A stretch of 64,000 nt of DNA from the human T2T-CHM13v2.0 reference genome, Homo sapiens. Numbering within the stretch: the first letter of the stretch is position 1; each line of letters starts with the position of its first letter. The stretch lies in NCBI RefSeq assembly GCF_009914755.1, contig NC_060945.1, one strand, 5' to 3'. This document shows, piece after piece, positions 16,791 to 30,450 of the stretch. The notes below the pieces were generated by a model, which worked only from the letters and a program-made list of their open reading frames with translations, searched no databases and was not told the origin of the DNA. The position numbers and the translations under genes were made by a program.

Positions 16791-19700
16791 GTAGTAAAGA
16801 GAAAACAGTGTAACCTATTCCTTTAAAAGCCAGGGTAAATTTAAAACCTGTAATTAATGATTGAAGGTCTTCTCCATGACCCTATAACACTCCAATACCA
16901 CCTTGTTGCCAGTGTTAACAAGGGCATAGCCCAAAAGCACTGAGGCCACTGACAACCCGTAGCCTTCCTATCAAAAATCCTTAACCCAGTAACCCACGGA
17001 TGGCCCATATGCATTCAATCTGTAGTGGCAACTGCTTTGCTAACAGAAGAAAGTAGAAAAATAACTTTTAAAGGAAACCTCATTGTGAGCACACCTCACC
17101 AGTTCAGAACTACCTAAGTCAAAAAAGCATAAAGGTAGCTTACTAACTCAAAAATCTTAAAGTTTTGAGATTTTAGTAAGTTAGTAAGTTTTGTGATTTT
17201 TGGGGCTATTCTATTAGAAAAAGATGATTTAACACTAGCCACTGAAAATTCCCTTAACCCAGCAGGTTTCCTAACAGGGGATCTAAATCTTAATTACCAT
17301 AGAAAGTTCAGATCACACCTAGGAGGAACTCCCTTCAGGACAGGATGATAGATGGTTCCTCCCAGGTGACTGAGGGAAAAAGACACGATGGATATTCAGT
17401 AAGTGATAAGGAAACTCTTGTAGAAGCAGAGTTAGGAAAATTGCCCAGTAGTTGGTCTGCTCAAACGTGGGAGCTGTTTGCACTCAGCCAAGCCTTAAAG
17501 TACTTACAGAATCAGGAAGGAGCCATCTATACAAATTCTAAGTTAACAGGGACTGAACGAGGTCTTATTAATAGCAAAGAATAATTGAAATCCCAAACAT
17601 ACAAGGTTTTCAACAAAAGCAAAGTTTGCTAAAAGTTAACAGTGTAACATGTATTATCCTAACTTCTAATCTTGTGGCCTTAGACACAGACATGAAGTTC
17701 ACTTGGGAAAAGAATGGTTATCATATTTGAGAAAAAAAAGCGGGGGGGGGGTAGAATTTATGTAAAAAGGAATGTTATGGTAAATTCTTAAAGTAAATTA
17801 ACTGGTTGTTTAAAGAAAGGGATGTTGGCAACAAGTTAGAAAGTTGAGGCATGTTGAAGAATTGTCTGTGAAAGTCGTGAAAAAATGTTATAAAAGGGAA
17901 TTTATGCAAGAAATGTATAATTTAAAAGTAATTAGGCCTCCTGAATGTAAAACTATTGAAGAAAGAGTTTGTGTGCAAGGTATGTAAGGAAAGTAGAATA
18001 TACTTTTGGTAAAAGGATTACAAGGAGGCATAAGAATGTGGATTTTTACCTACATTAAAAGGTTAAAAAAATACATTTTGTTTTAAAGGTTTAAGCAAGT
18101 TTTGAAATGTTAATTGTAAAGGAAATTCTGTGTGTAATCATACTGGCTGAAGTTAAAGGGGTATCATCCAGTTTTTCTGTGAACTGGACATTAAAATAAA
18201 AGCACAACAGGTTTTTCTTAAAGCACTAACCTGCTCTTTAACAAAAATTATAAAAAGGTTAAAAAGAGTCTGTAAAAATCTTACATTATGATCAGACATT
18301 AAAAATTGGATAAATATGTCTACAAGGTTTTACTAAAATTAAGTTTAACATTAATAACACACTAATATAAAGATGAAATTTAGCTTATCTGGTATAAAAA
18401 TCATACAGGAAGCATTGTCAAATACAAAATGGTGTTTGGCCTTCTTTGGTCTAAAAACTAATAAAAATAGGTGCCAAAGAAAATTTCTCAACAAGAAAGC
18501 ATGAAGGACTATAAAGTCCACTGTTGATATCCCCACGTTTAAAACAAAAGATCAATTTCTTAGAAATTATATACTCGGTTTATCCTCCACCTTCTCTTCC
18601 CTTAAAACAGAGGTCTTTTAGCACAGGTGCTGCCTTTGGACTTTCCAGTGCCTCAGCATCAGCCTGGGGATCACGTTCTCATCAAAGAGGGGAAAGAAGG
18701 GAAACTCGAGCCAGCCCGGGAAGGACCCTACCTTGTGCTGCTAACCACTGAGACTGCTGTTCGTAAGGTTGGAAAGAGATGGACACATCACACATGAGTC
18801 AAGCAAGCACCATTATCCTCAGAATCATGGGCCATTGTTCCTGGATCAAGCCCTACCAAATTAAAGCTAAGGAAAGCTTAGTCTATCTATCTTTTCCTTT
18901 CCCTTCCTTACCCAGTGCTTATATCCATTACTATTCCTACCACTAGCAACTCTAACCCCACTTTAGAACGCTTCTGTGGTTTAGGAGCAGAGGTCACTGG
19001 AAAGGATCCTATGGGCTTCTTTAAGGTGGGCTTTGTTCTCCCTCCTCCACCTCCTATGGCTGCCCCTTTCCCAAACCTACAAAATCAAACTATGACTCAC
19101 CTCATGCCAAATGACAAAAGCAAGGTCCCGGTAGTAGAAATAGGAGACCTAAGGCAAACCATAGCCATTAAAACAGGGTATAAAAATGTAAATGCCTGGT
19201 TAAAATTGATTAAATATTCTGTCCACACGTTAAACAAAGGCAATTTTTATGCTTGTGCACATGACAGGCCAGAAGCCCAGATTGTCCCCTTTCCACTAGG
19301 GTGGCCCTCTAGTTGACTGGGCATGGCCTGCATGGCAGATCTTTCCCAGGATTATTCAGCCTGGGGTAACAAGTCGTGCCAAGCTCTCTCTCTGCTACAT
19401 CCCGAAGTTCAACACCCTGCGGGTCAGCCCCCAAGGGCCATCCAGCTTCCATCTCCCAACACTAAGTTCACTTCGTGTCTCTCAGGACCGGGAGGAAACT
19501 TAGCGTTCCTTGGAGTCCTGAAGGGATGCAGTGAGATTAAGAAATTTCAAGAGCTTACCAATTAGCCCTTACTCATCCCTGAGCAGATGTGTAGTGGTAT
19601 TATGATGGACCTTTACTGGACACTCTGCCGAGTAACTGAAGTGGCACTTGCTTTAGTCCAGTTGGCTATCCCTTTCACGCTGGCATTTCATCAACCAGAG

Positions 19701-20277
19701 AAAGGAAAAATAAGATATCATAAAGCAAAAGAAGCCCCTTATGGGTCTTTCGACTCTCACATCTATTTAGACATAATTACAGTCCCACAGGGAATACCAG
19801 ATCAATTTAAAGCCTGAAATCAAATAGCTGCAGGATTTGAGTCAATATTTTGGTGGGTGACAATAAAATGTAAATTGGATAAACTACATCTATTACAACC
19901 AACAGCCATCCATTAACTACACTAGAGATGCTGTTAAAGGAATAGCTGAGCAATTAGGGGCTACTAGCCAGATGGCTTGGGAAAAATAGGATAGCCTTAG
20001 ACATGATATTAGCAGAAAAAGGAAGAATTTGCATCATAATTAAAAATCAATGTTGTAACTTCATCCCAAACAACACCGCCCCTAATGGAAGTATAACAAA
20101 GGCATTGCAAGGTCTGACTGCTCTATCCTGAGTTAGCCAATAACTCGGGGGTAAATGACCCCTTTACAGGATGGCTGGAAAAGTGGTTCAGTAAATGGAA
20201 AAGAATAATAGCCCCAATTCTTACTTCCATCGCAGCCATCATAGGTGTGCTTATTCTTGTCGGGTGTTGTGTCACAC

Positions 20278-20748
20278 TAAGGAAGGAGACCGCTACAACT
20301 CCTGCTGCCCTCCTCCCACCACCTTGCCTAGTTCACAAGACAGGAGGAAAGAGAGAAAGCAAAAAGCTGGAAAGAAGCAAAAGTAAGATAAATAGCCAGA
20401 CAACCTTGGCACCACCACCTGGCCCTAGGAGTTAAAAAGGTAATAATAATAACATCAACCCCAGACCTAAACTACTTGTGTTATCTGTAAATTCCAGACA
20501 TTGTATGAAAAAGCATTGCAAAACTTTCTGTTCTGTTAGCTGATGCATGTAGCCTCCAGTCACGTTCCCCACGCTTGCTGGATTTATCACGACCTTTTCA
20601 TGTGGACCCCTTTAGAGTTGTAAGCCTTTAAAAAGGCCAAGAATTCAGTTTGCAGGGAGCTCAGCTCTTAAGATGCAAGTCTGCCGATGCTCTCAGCCAA
20701 GTAAACCTCTTCCTTCTTTAATCCAGTGTCTGAGGAGTTTTGTCTGCG
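20278..20748 (+). mobile_element. LTR2-family (LTR2C-like, HERV-E/Harlequin) LTR inserted into the HERV-IP10FH env tail; 3' tip lost
   Basis: TAAGGAAGGAGACC...TAAGATGCAAGTCTGCCGATGCTC...TCTGAGGAGTTTTGTCTGCG; host env sequence resumes after it. Confidence 0.7.
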
Positions 20749-22090
20749 TTGGTGCAGAGGTTTATAAAAACGGCACTTACTAAAACCTCCCTTAACTATC
20801 CTCCACCTTATCCAGAGAAGCTTCTTCTTTTGGAAAATCAAGCAGAACAACTAAGCCAAGACATGTTAAAGAAGTTTGAAGGGAAAGAGCTGTAAGGAAA
20901 TGCAAGAGGAGAGATTGTTAGATATGAGTTCTAAATTTCTCTTCAAAGAATCAATATGTCAGTATGTTCCATTCTTTGCCTTTTACTTGTAAACTTCCTT
21001 GTAACGCAAACATTTTCGATTACCTGCTCCATCCTGACTCATTCCGATTACCTGCTCTGCCCTGAATTCTGATTTCCTGCTCTGCCATAACAATTTTTCC
21101 CGCCAAATCACTCACCCTGTCACTCTCTTTAAATTAACCAATTGGCATTAGTTTAGCCTGTGCGGTCTAACCCTAACCAATAGGGGAACAACACAGCAGC
21201 AGAGGCCACGTGCATCAGGGATAAGAACCCCTTCTCCCTTGTCCAAGTGTGCGCTCGCCATTGCTCCATCTATAAGGGCGCACCCTTCTATAGAAGTACA
21301 TTGCCTTGCTGAGAATTAAAAAGAAAATTTTATATTCGAGTGCTATGTCTTTTGCGGCACCGAAACTTTATTTATAACAAAATCTACAAGGGCTTAACGA
21401 TAAAGTCAAAATTACTGACAAGCTCAGGGAAAATGCAGACTTCAGCCCCAGGTGGCTACAATCCCTCTTTAATGAATTCCAGTCTTCTTTATGGAATTGG
21501 TTAACCCCTTTAATAAGCACCCTCTTGCTGTTATGTCTTGTATTAATAATTGGACCCTGTATACTCAATACTATAACTTGAATTGTTTCCTCTCACCTAG
21601 AAGCGATCAAACTCCAAATGGTCCCGCAAACTGAGCCACTCATGGACAGGCCTTTCTTCTGAGGACCTTTAGGTTGACCCCACAAGGAGCCCTCGCTGCT
21701 GTTCCCCATTCAACGCCCCTTTTCAGCAGGAAACAGCCAGAAAGAGTCATCAGCCAAAACCTCCTAACAGCAGTTAGGGTGACATCTCCACAGGGGGGAA
21801 TGTTATAGGAGTTATTAAGAAATTATTTTAGGCAGATAGAGAGGAAAAGGGGTCCTTGGGAAGTTTTTGTTTCTTTCTTTTAAAGCAGCTGCATAAATGT
21901 TTCTTGTCTAGCAGGAAAGCACAGGCTCTTAGAGCCAGGCCGGCAACCTTTGATATGCAATTGCAGGCCATTAGAAACTGGGTCCACCCAAACATGGCGA
22001 TTCCTGCCCTCTTCTTCTTAGTGCCTCAATCACTCATTTTGGTCGTTACCAGAAAGGAACTCATATTTAGCTGGAATCTATGCCAGGTAA

Positions 22091-22752
22091 TGTTACAGAG
22101 GGTAATAGTCAGACATGAACAGGGCAGGAGAAGGCCCCCACACCCCACCAGGAATGTCAGGTGATGGTCCAGCAGTTGTCCCACTGCCTCTCTAAAATAA
22201 TAACTGGTCTGAGCCAGCACCAGGGAAAGACAGTTTCCCAACAGATTAAAAAAACACCTGAAACTGGTGATTGGCAGCTTCCCGATAAGATCTCAGGAAT
22301 TGGGTGAGTGGGCTCAATCATGTGCATTAAGAGGCAAAATAGCAGAGTTTAACTGGCATATGACCTTCCAGGTACATTCCACCAGAAAAGGGAAGAACAC
22401 CTACCTCAGGTGAGCATGCATACAACTCTAGCAAACACACTGCGCATGCTCACCTCCCGAGCCTAGCAGGCCACCGCGCATGCATGCAGATCACCCTCGC
22501 CCTAAGGGAAGAATGAGGGGAAGAGGCACAAGATGTTGGAAGTATGCCAGCACCTAAATCCCTAAATCCAAGGTCAAGTGGGGCACTTGTCCTTCAACTT
22601 GCCCAGCTGGGCCTCCTCCAAGTGTACTTTCCTTTCTTTCATTCCCGTTCTAAAGCTTTTTAATAATCTTTAGCTTCTGCTCTGATACTTGCCTTGGTCT
22701 CTTATTCTGCCTTATGCCCCTCAGTCAAATTCTTCTGAGGAGGCAAGAATTC
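22091..22752 (+). mobile_element. MER50 LTR (3' end replaced by a purine repeat)
   Basis: TGTTACAG...CAGGGCAGGAGA...CCAGGAATGTCAGG...CTTCCCGATAAGATCTCAGGA...AAGAGGCAAAAT. Confidence 0.75.
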
Positions 22753-22948
22753 AGGGAGGGAGGGAAGGAGGGAGGAAAGTGAAGGCAGGGAGGGAGGGAG
22801 GGAGGGAGGGAGGATGGAAGGAAGGAAGGGAGGAAGGGAGGGAGGGAGGGAGGGAGGGAGGGGGCAAGTGAAGGGAGGAAGGGAGGAAAGTGAAGGGAGG
22901 AAGGAAGGAAGGAAGGAGAAGGGAAGAAGGAAAGGAAGGAAGGAAGGA
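22753..22948 (+). repeat. (GGGA/GGAA)n polypurine microsatellite
   Basis: About 195 nt of near-pure purines on the + strand. Confidence 0.95.
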
Positions 22949-23030
22949 TACATCCTTGAATAAGGATCAATGAGGACCAAAGCCCCAAAATGACAAATGT
23001 CCCATAGGACAGGGTGGGGTAGCATTTCTA

Positions 23031-23539
<509 letters not shown>

Positions 23540-24139
23540 CTACAAAGCTAAACAGACAAAATGCAGTTGTTGCTTACCTGAAACAAATGTTTGCGGCATC
23601 TAAGGACTGATAGGCTGGGACAGAATTAAGATAGTGTTAGGAAAGGGTCCCCTAAGGTTGGGTCGAGTTGCCCTTTCATAGGAAGAAGAGAGGCCTGGGA
23701 AAACTTTCTAACCAGGAAGGTAGACATTAATGTCCATAGTTAACATTAGTCAATGATTATTTACTAGGTATGCTCTTTTTAGAGACGTTTATGTACCCTC
23801 TCGTTTAGTCTTAGTACAGCTCATAATGAGCTGGTACTATTATAACCCTCATTTTACAGAGGAGGAAACAGCCTTCACATGTGTACAGAAATCAGTGAAG
23901 CCTGCCTATCACCCATACTTGCTGGGTTCAACATGAATGGCACAGGCAAGGAGAAAGCCCTGTGACCAGCGGTACCAGAAAGAGTGAAAGGGCGCCATCT
24001 AGTGACTGTCATGGTGGTTGGCAGTAGAGGTTGGAAGCCGGTGGTTTTTTTTCGTGGGTTTTTTTTGCTGTTGTTTTGGGGTTGTTTTTCTGTGTGAGAC
24101 AGAGTTTTGCTCTTGTTGCCCAGGCTGGAGCGCAACTGC

Positions 24140-25195
24140 GGACTACCAATTTCAGTTGTTTCTATCTACTGGGAAACGGCCGCTCCCTGGTGCCAGCTGC
24201 AACCAATTATCATTTTAGCGAGGCAGGATGACAACCTCCGGCCCATCACGTGATGGTCGCCTGACATTTCTGGTGTGTGGGGGGAGCTGTCTCCTGCCCT
24301 GCTCATGCCCCACTAGCTACCTACTGTAACATTCTCGGGTATCTGGAATACAGTACTAAGCATCTTAAAAAAAACTTCACTGGCGGCCGGGCACAGTGGC
24401 TCATGCCTGTAATCCCAACACTTTGGGAGACCAAGGCAGACGGATCACGAGGTGAGGAGTTAGAGACCAGCCTGGCCAACATGGTGAAAACCCCATCTCT
24501 ACTAAAAGTACCAAAATGAGCCGGCCATGGTGGCGTGCGCCTGTAGTCCCAGCTACTCAGGAGGCTGAGGCAGGAGAATCACTTGAACCTGGGAGGCGGA
24601 GGTTGCAGTGAGCCGAGATTGCACCATTGCACTCCAGCCTGGGCAACTAACAGTGAAACTCTGACTCAAAAAAAAAACAAAAAACAAAAAACAACCCCCC
24701 CCCCCCCCACACACACACACACACACGCAGAGGCAAAATGGCGGGGGGTAACCTTCTAGGGGGTCATTCCACCGGAAACGGGAAGAACGACTCAGGTGAG
24801 CATGCCTGCAGCTCCAGTAAACACACGTAACTCCGGTAAACATGCTTGCCTCCCAAGCACAATCAGGTCACTGCGCATGCGGGTGGCTCACCCTAAGGGA
24901 AGAATGAAGGGAAAGGGGTGCAAGACGCCGGAAGCAGGGCAGCATGTAAAATCCTAGGTCCAAGGTCAAACGGAGCACTTGACCTCCAAGGTGCCCCCTT
25001 AAGCCTCTTCCAAGTGTACTTTCCTTTCTTTCATTCCTGCTCTAAATCTTTTTCATCAATTTCCACTCCGCTGTAAAACTTGCCTCGGTCTCTTTTCCTG
25101 CCTTATGACAATCTATTTTTTTCTTCTGAGGAAGGAAGAGTTGAGGCTGCTGCAGACCTGTACAGATTCGCTGCCGGTCTCTCAGATAACTTCCA
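24140..25195. mobile_element. Second MER50 LTR split into a minus-strand 5' part (24140-24331) and a plus-strand 3' part (24729-25195)
   Basis: The reverse complement of 24140-24331 starts TGTTACAGTAGGTAGCTAG...CAGGGCAGGAGA. Positions 24729 onward (GAGGCAAAATGGCGG...CACCCTAAGGGAAGAATGA) match the 3' part of the copy at 22091. Confidence 0.75.
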
Positions 25196-25245
25196 CTACT
25201 AGCAAGAAAGCAAACACACCACATCAATGAACCACCACCATGTAG

Positions 25246-25446
<201 letters not shown>

Positions 25447-25504
25447 TAGAGATGGGGCTTTGCCATGTTGGCCAGGCTGATCTCAAACGCCCAGCCTCAA
25501 GTGA

Positions 25505-25726
<222 letters not shown>

Positions 25727-25764
25727 TAAGTAAGCAAATACTTTGATACAAATAATAGCATACC

Positions 25765-26217
25765 ACGGTAGCCGGAATAAAGCCTCCTCACCAAGGTGTC
25801 CGTGTCCTAATGCCTGGGATCAGTAAATATGTGATACGGCAATAGGGACGGGGCAGCTGATTCAAGTTAAAGGCCTTGAGAAGGCAGATTATCCAGGTGG
25901 GCCCTATGTAATCAAACAAATCCTTAAAGCTGAGAACCTTCCCAGGCTGTAGTCAGAAGAAGATGTGACTTTGGGGTTAGAGAGACGCAAAGTTGCTGGT
26001 ACTGAAGATGGAGGAAGCCACGTAATGCAGGTGACAAAAACACTGATTCTCTCCTTAGCCCCCTGGAAAGGCGTGCAGCCCTGCTGGCGCCTTGATCCCA
26101 GGCAGGTGAGGCCTGTGTCAGACTTCCTACCCCAAAATCAGAAGGTAATAAGTTTGTGTCTTAAGCCCCTAAATTTGAGAACATTTGCTACAGCAACAAT
26201 AGAAAACTAATAAATAC
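25765..26217 (+). mobile_element. MLT1-family MaLR LTR
   Basis: GATTATCCAGGTGGGCCC...GTTTGTGTCTTAAGCC...TTTGCTACAGCAACAATAGAAAACTAATA. Confidence 0.7.
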
Positions 26218-26505
26218 ACTAGTACCCTTTTCTTTCCTTCTTTCTTCCTTTCCTTTTTTTTTTTTTTTTGACGGAGACTCACTCTGTCACCCAGGCTGGA
26301 GTGCAGTGACGTGATCTCGGCTCACTGCAATCTCTGCCTCCCCTGTTCAACCTGTTCAAGCAATTCTCCTGCCTCAGACTCCCAAGTAGCTAGGATTACA
26401 GATGCACAGCACCACACCTGGATTTTTTTTTTTTTTTTTTTTTTTTTGTATTTTTAGTAGAGACATGGTTTCACCACATTGGCCAGGCTGGTCCGGAACT
26501 CCTGA

Positions 26506-26742
<237 letters not shown>

Positions 26743-27307
26743 TAGAGATGGGGTCTATGTTGCCAAGGCTGGTCTTAAACTTCTGGCCTTAAGCAATCCT
26801 CCCACCTCAGGCTCCCAAAGTTCTAGGATTAGAGGCATGGGCCACCGTGTCCCACCTCCTTTCCTCACTTAATACATTTTGAAGCCTCTTCCCTTTTACA
26901 ATATTTAGAGCTGCCTCATTCTTTTTAATGGCTGCATAGCATCTCATCATATGAGTATTTAATCGTTCTATTAAGGATGGTCACGGGGCTATTTGAGACA
27001 TATAAATAAGTTACAAATAAGTCTGTAATGTCATACTTCCCAATTATTCTCATCTCATAGCACACACAAATATATTAATATTTATATAACACACTGAAGT
27101 GAATTGAAGGTACTGAGGTCATTTACCTTGGACCTTGATGGAAAATGTTACTAATAATACTTTCTTTTTCTTTCTTTTTTTTTTTTAAATGAGACAAGTT
27201 CTCATTCTATTGCCCAGGCTGGAATGCAGTGGCATGATCACGGCTCACTGCAGCTTCAGCCTCCCAAGTACCTGGGACCATTGGTGCACACCACCACACC
27301 TGGCTAA

Positions 27308-27640
<333 letters not shown>

Positions 27641-27836
27641 TAGAGTCAGGGTTTCACCATGTTACCCAGGCTGGTCTCAAACTCCTAGACTGAAGCAATC
27701 CACCTGCCTCGGCCTCCCAAAGTGCTAGGATTACAAGTGTAAGCCACCACACCCGACATACAGTTATTAAACACACAAACACACATACAGGAGAAGATAT
27801 TGACATTGAATTTATATAAAACTTTTTTTTAACTGA

Positions 27837-27944
<108 letters not shown>

Positions 27945-28224
27945 TAGGACTACAGGTGTGCACCACCACGCCCATGTAATTTTATTTTATTTTTTTAGAG
28001 TTAGAGTCTCTTATTACTGCCCAGACTGGTCTCAAACTCCTGGGTTCAAGCAATCCTCCTACTTCAACTTCCCAAAGTGTTGGGATTACAAGCATGAGCT
28101 ACCATACCTGGCCTATACAAAACTTCTAAGTCTTTAATTTTTTTGAAGAAGTTGATTTTTTTTATTTATAATATCAGGCTTTATATTATTTAATATTTTA
28201 AATATCAGGCTTTATGCCTGAAAT

Positions 28225-29488
28225 AGCTGATTCTCATTATTCACCACAGTTATGTTCTATAAAGTCATTGCAAACACTGAATCTGTTAATACTAAATTAT
28301 TGTTCCTAGTGGAAATACAGGGTTAAGTTCCTATGAGCCTCTGGCCACATTTTTATAAACTGAAATGCCACTTGTGGTACAGGTTCATTTGCCAACTTCC
28401 TTGCATAACAAACCAGTTTCATTAGCATTGAAAACCTGTTCTTCCACAGGACTCTTTTAAAATATCACTCAGCAGGTATTTTAAAAATTCTTCCAGATCT
28501 GCAGAACATGCCTCACCTGCAACTTGATGTTTTTCACTCCATGTCACCTTCTGAAACACGCTTGCTGACCAGCAGTGGCTGAGAAGGGTTTAACAATGTT
28601 CTAATCCTGTATCATGTGACTGGAAGTTTCTTGGGCTTTCAGCTTCACAGTGCTGTCTGCTATGTTTGGTTGGTTTTGTTAAATGGGTCGTCATCTCAGG
28701 AATCCACAAATGTAGCCACTTCTCCATAGCTTCATCACAGATTGGCAGTCTTCTTCCTTTTTCTGGATGGACTGTATTGTTAACTCATTCATGCTGAGCT
28801 CACAGCCAACAGCACTACAACTCATGCCTGAATCGAAGCCTATCAAAGGCCCATCCCAGCCTTCCTGTGCCAAGGAATGCTGGACAACACTTCAGCATTC
28901 TGCATGGGGCCATTTTGAACAGGCACAGTGGCTCACACCTATAATCCCAACACTTTGGGAAGCCAAGGTGGGCAGATCACTTGAGGTCAGGAGTTTGACA
29001 CCAGCCTGGCCAACATGGTGAAACCCCATCTCTACTAAAAATACAAAAATTAGCTGGGCGTAGTGGTGCGCACCTGTAATCCCAGCTACTAGGGAAGCTG
29101 AGGCAGGAGAATTGCTTGAACCCCAGAGTGCAGTGGTTGCAGTGAGCCGAGATTGCACCACTGCACTCCAGCCTGGGTCACAGAGCAAGACTCTGTCTTA
29201 ACCAAAAAAAAAAATCACCACCAAGAGGCACAAAAATGTGAAAAATGTGGCACTAAGACCACAAAAAGGACACTGATTTACAATATCAGAGCAAAACAAG
29301 AAGGCAGGGTGTCCCCTTGTTTGACTTCATCTGCGAACGTGCGTGTTAGGTGATAAAAATTTTTGCCACTCTGTGCGTACCTGCAAACAGCTGCAAAAGT
29401 GCCAGGAGCACTGATTTTGGAGTTACGAGTAAATTTTAGTGAGTAGTTGAATTCACAAAATGGAGTTCATGAATAATGAGGACTCTCT
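28225..29488 (-). mobile_element. TcMar-Tigger DNA transposon (MER82-like ends) with a transposase remnant and an inserted Alu
   Basis: TIR-like ends GATTCTCATTATTCA / TGAATAATGAGGACTC. The minus strand at 28388-28444 reads EEQVFNANETGLLCKEVGK, a pogo/Tigger 'QVFNxDETGL' motif. Confidence 0.65.
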
Positions 29489-30164
29489 AGATGCAATTCC
29501 TGATCAAGATAACTTTTTAAAGATGATCGCTTCCTTTTTTTTTTTTTTTTTTTTTTTAGTGTTACCATTGATTAGAAAATGTGTTTGCAGGCCGGGCATG
29601 GTGGCTCACGCCTGTAATCCCAGCACTTTGGGAGGCTGAGGCAGGCAGATCACAAGGTCAGGAGATCGAGACCATCCTGGCTAACACGGTGAAACCCCGT
29701 CTCTACTATAAATAACAAAAAATTAGCCGAGCATGGCGGCAGGTGCCTGTAGTCCCAGCTACTTGGGAGGCCGAGGCAGGAGAATGGCGTGAACCCCCGG
29801 GAGGCGAAGCTTGCAGTGAGCCAAGATCACGCCACTGCACTCCAGCCTGGGTGACAGAACGAGACTCCATCTCAAAAAAAAAAAAAAAAAAAAAAAAAGG
29901 GAAATGTGTTTGCTCAAGTAGGTGGGAACAAACAGGAGACTGTTTATCCCTATTTTTTAAACATTTTCTGTTCTTGCCATTAACTAGATTTCAGATAATT
30001 TAATCTATTTAATTCATAGTTCTAAGCAATAGTCTAGTCTTTAAATCTAATAGCTTTTCTTTTCATTCACAAATTGACATTGTCCTGTGATATTGTCAAT
30101 GAATTCTGAGTCCAGTCAAACTTTTCCATTTCAAATCATCACTAACCAAAAGAAGCAGAATTTC

Positions 30165-30450
30165 AGCTACAAATGCAATCACATGTCATTTCAAATTTTG
30201 TAGTAGCACATTGCAGTAAAAAAGAAACATGTGAAACTAACATTTTAACATTTAATTTCACCCAACACGAAATATCATTGGAAAATGATGTGTGTTTTGC
30301 AGTATGATCAGCGTGAAAAATATTAGTGAGGTACTTAACAATTTTCTGTACTAAGTCTTTGAAAGTTTCTGTTGATGGCAACATCTCATTCAGGCTGGTA
30401 ACATTAACATTAAGTGCTCACTAGCCACAATGTTACTACCTCATTGAACA
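30165..30450. mobile_element. MER3/MER33-type hAT-Charlie MITE remnant
   Basis: CACATGTCATTTCAAATTTTGTAGTAGCACATT...GTGCTCACTAGCCACA. Confidence 0.5.

Larger units (their letters stand above)
15319..21379 (+). mobile_element. LTR10F / HERV-IP10FH provirus with both LTRs (15319-15806 and 20916-21379)
   Basis: Both LTRs begin TGTTAGATATGAGTTCTAAATTTCTC and end ...ATAACA; TSD AAAT. Degenerate tRNA-Pro-type PBS after the 5' LTR. RNase H remnant at 17345-17584 (IDGSS...SAQTWELFAL...IYTNSK). Env remnant at ~18915-20270 with ISD-like NRIALDMILAEKG and CX6CC. Confidence 0.85.

Noticed and set aside
18915-20270. Possible intact env (syncytin-like) gene
   Set aside because: It is broken into several short ORFs by stops and frameshifts and interrupted by an LTR2-type insertion.
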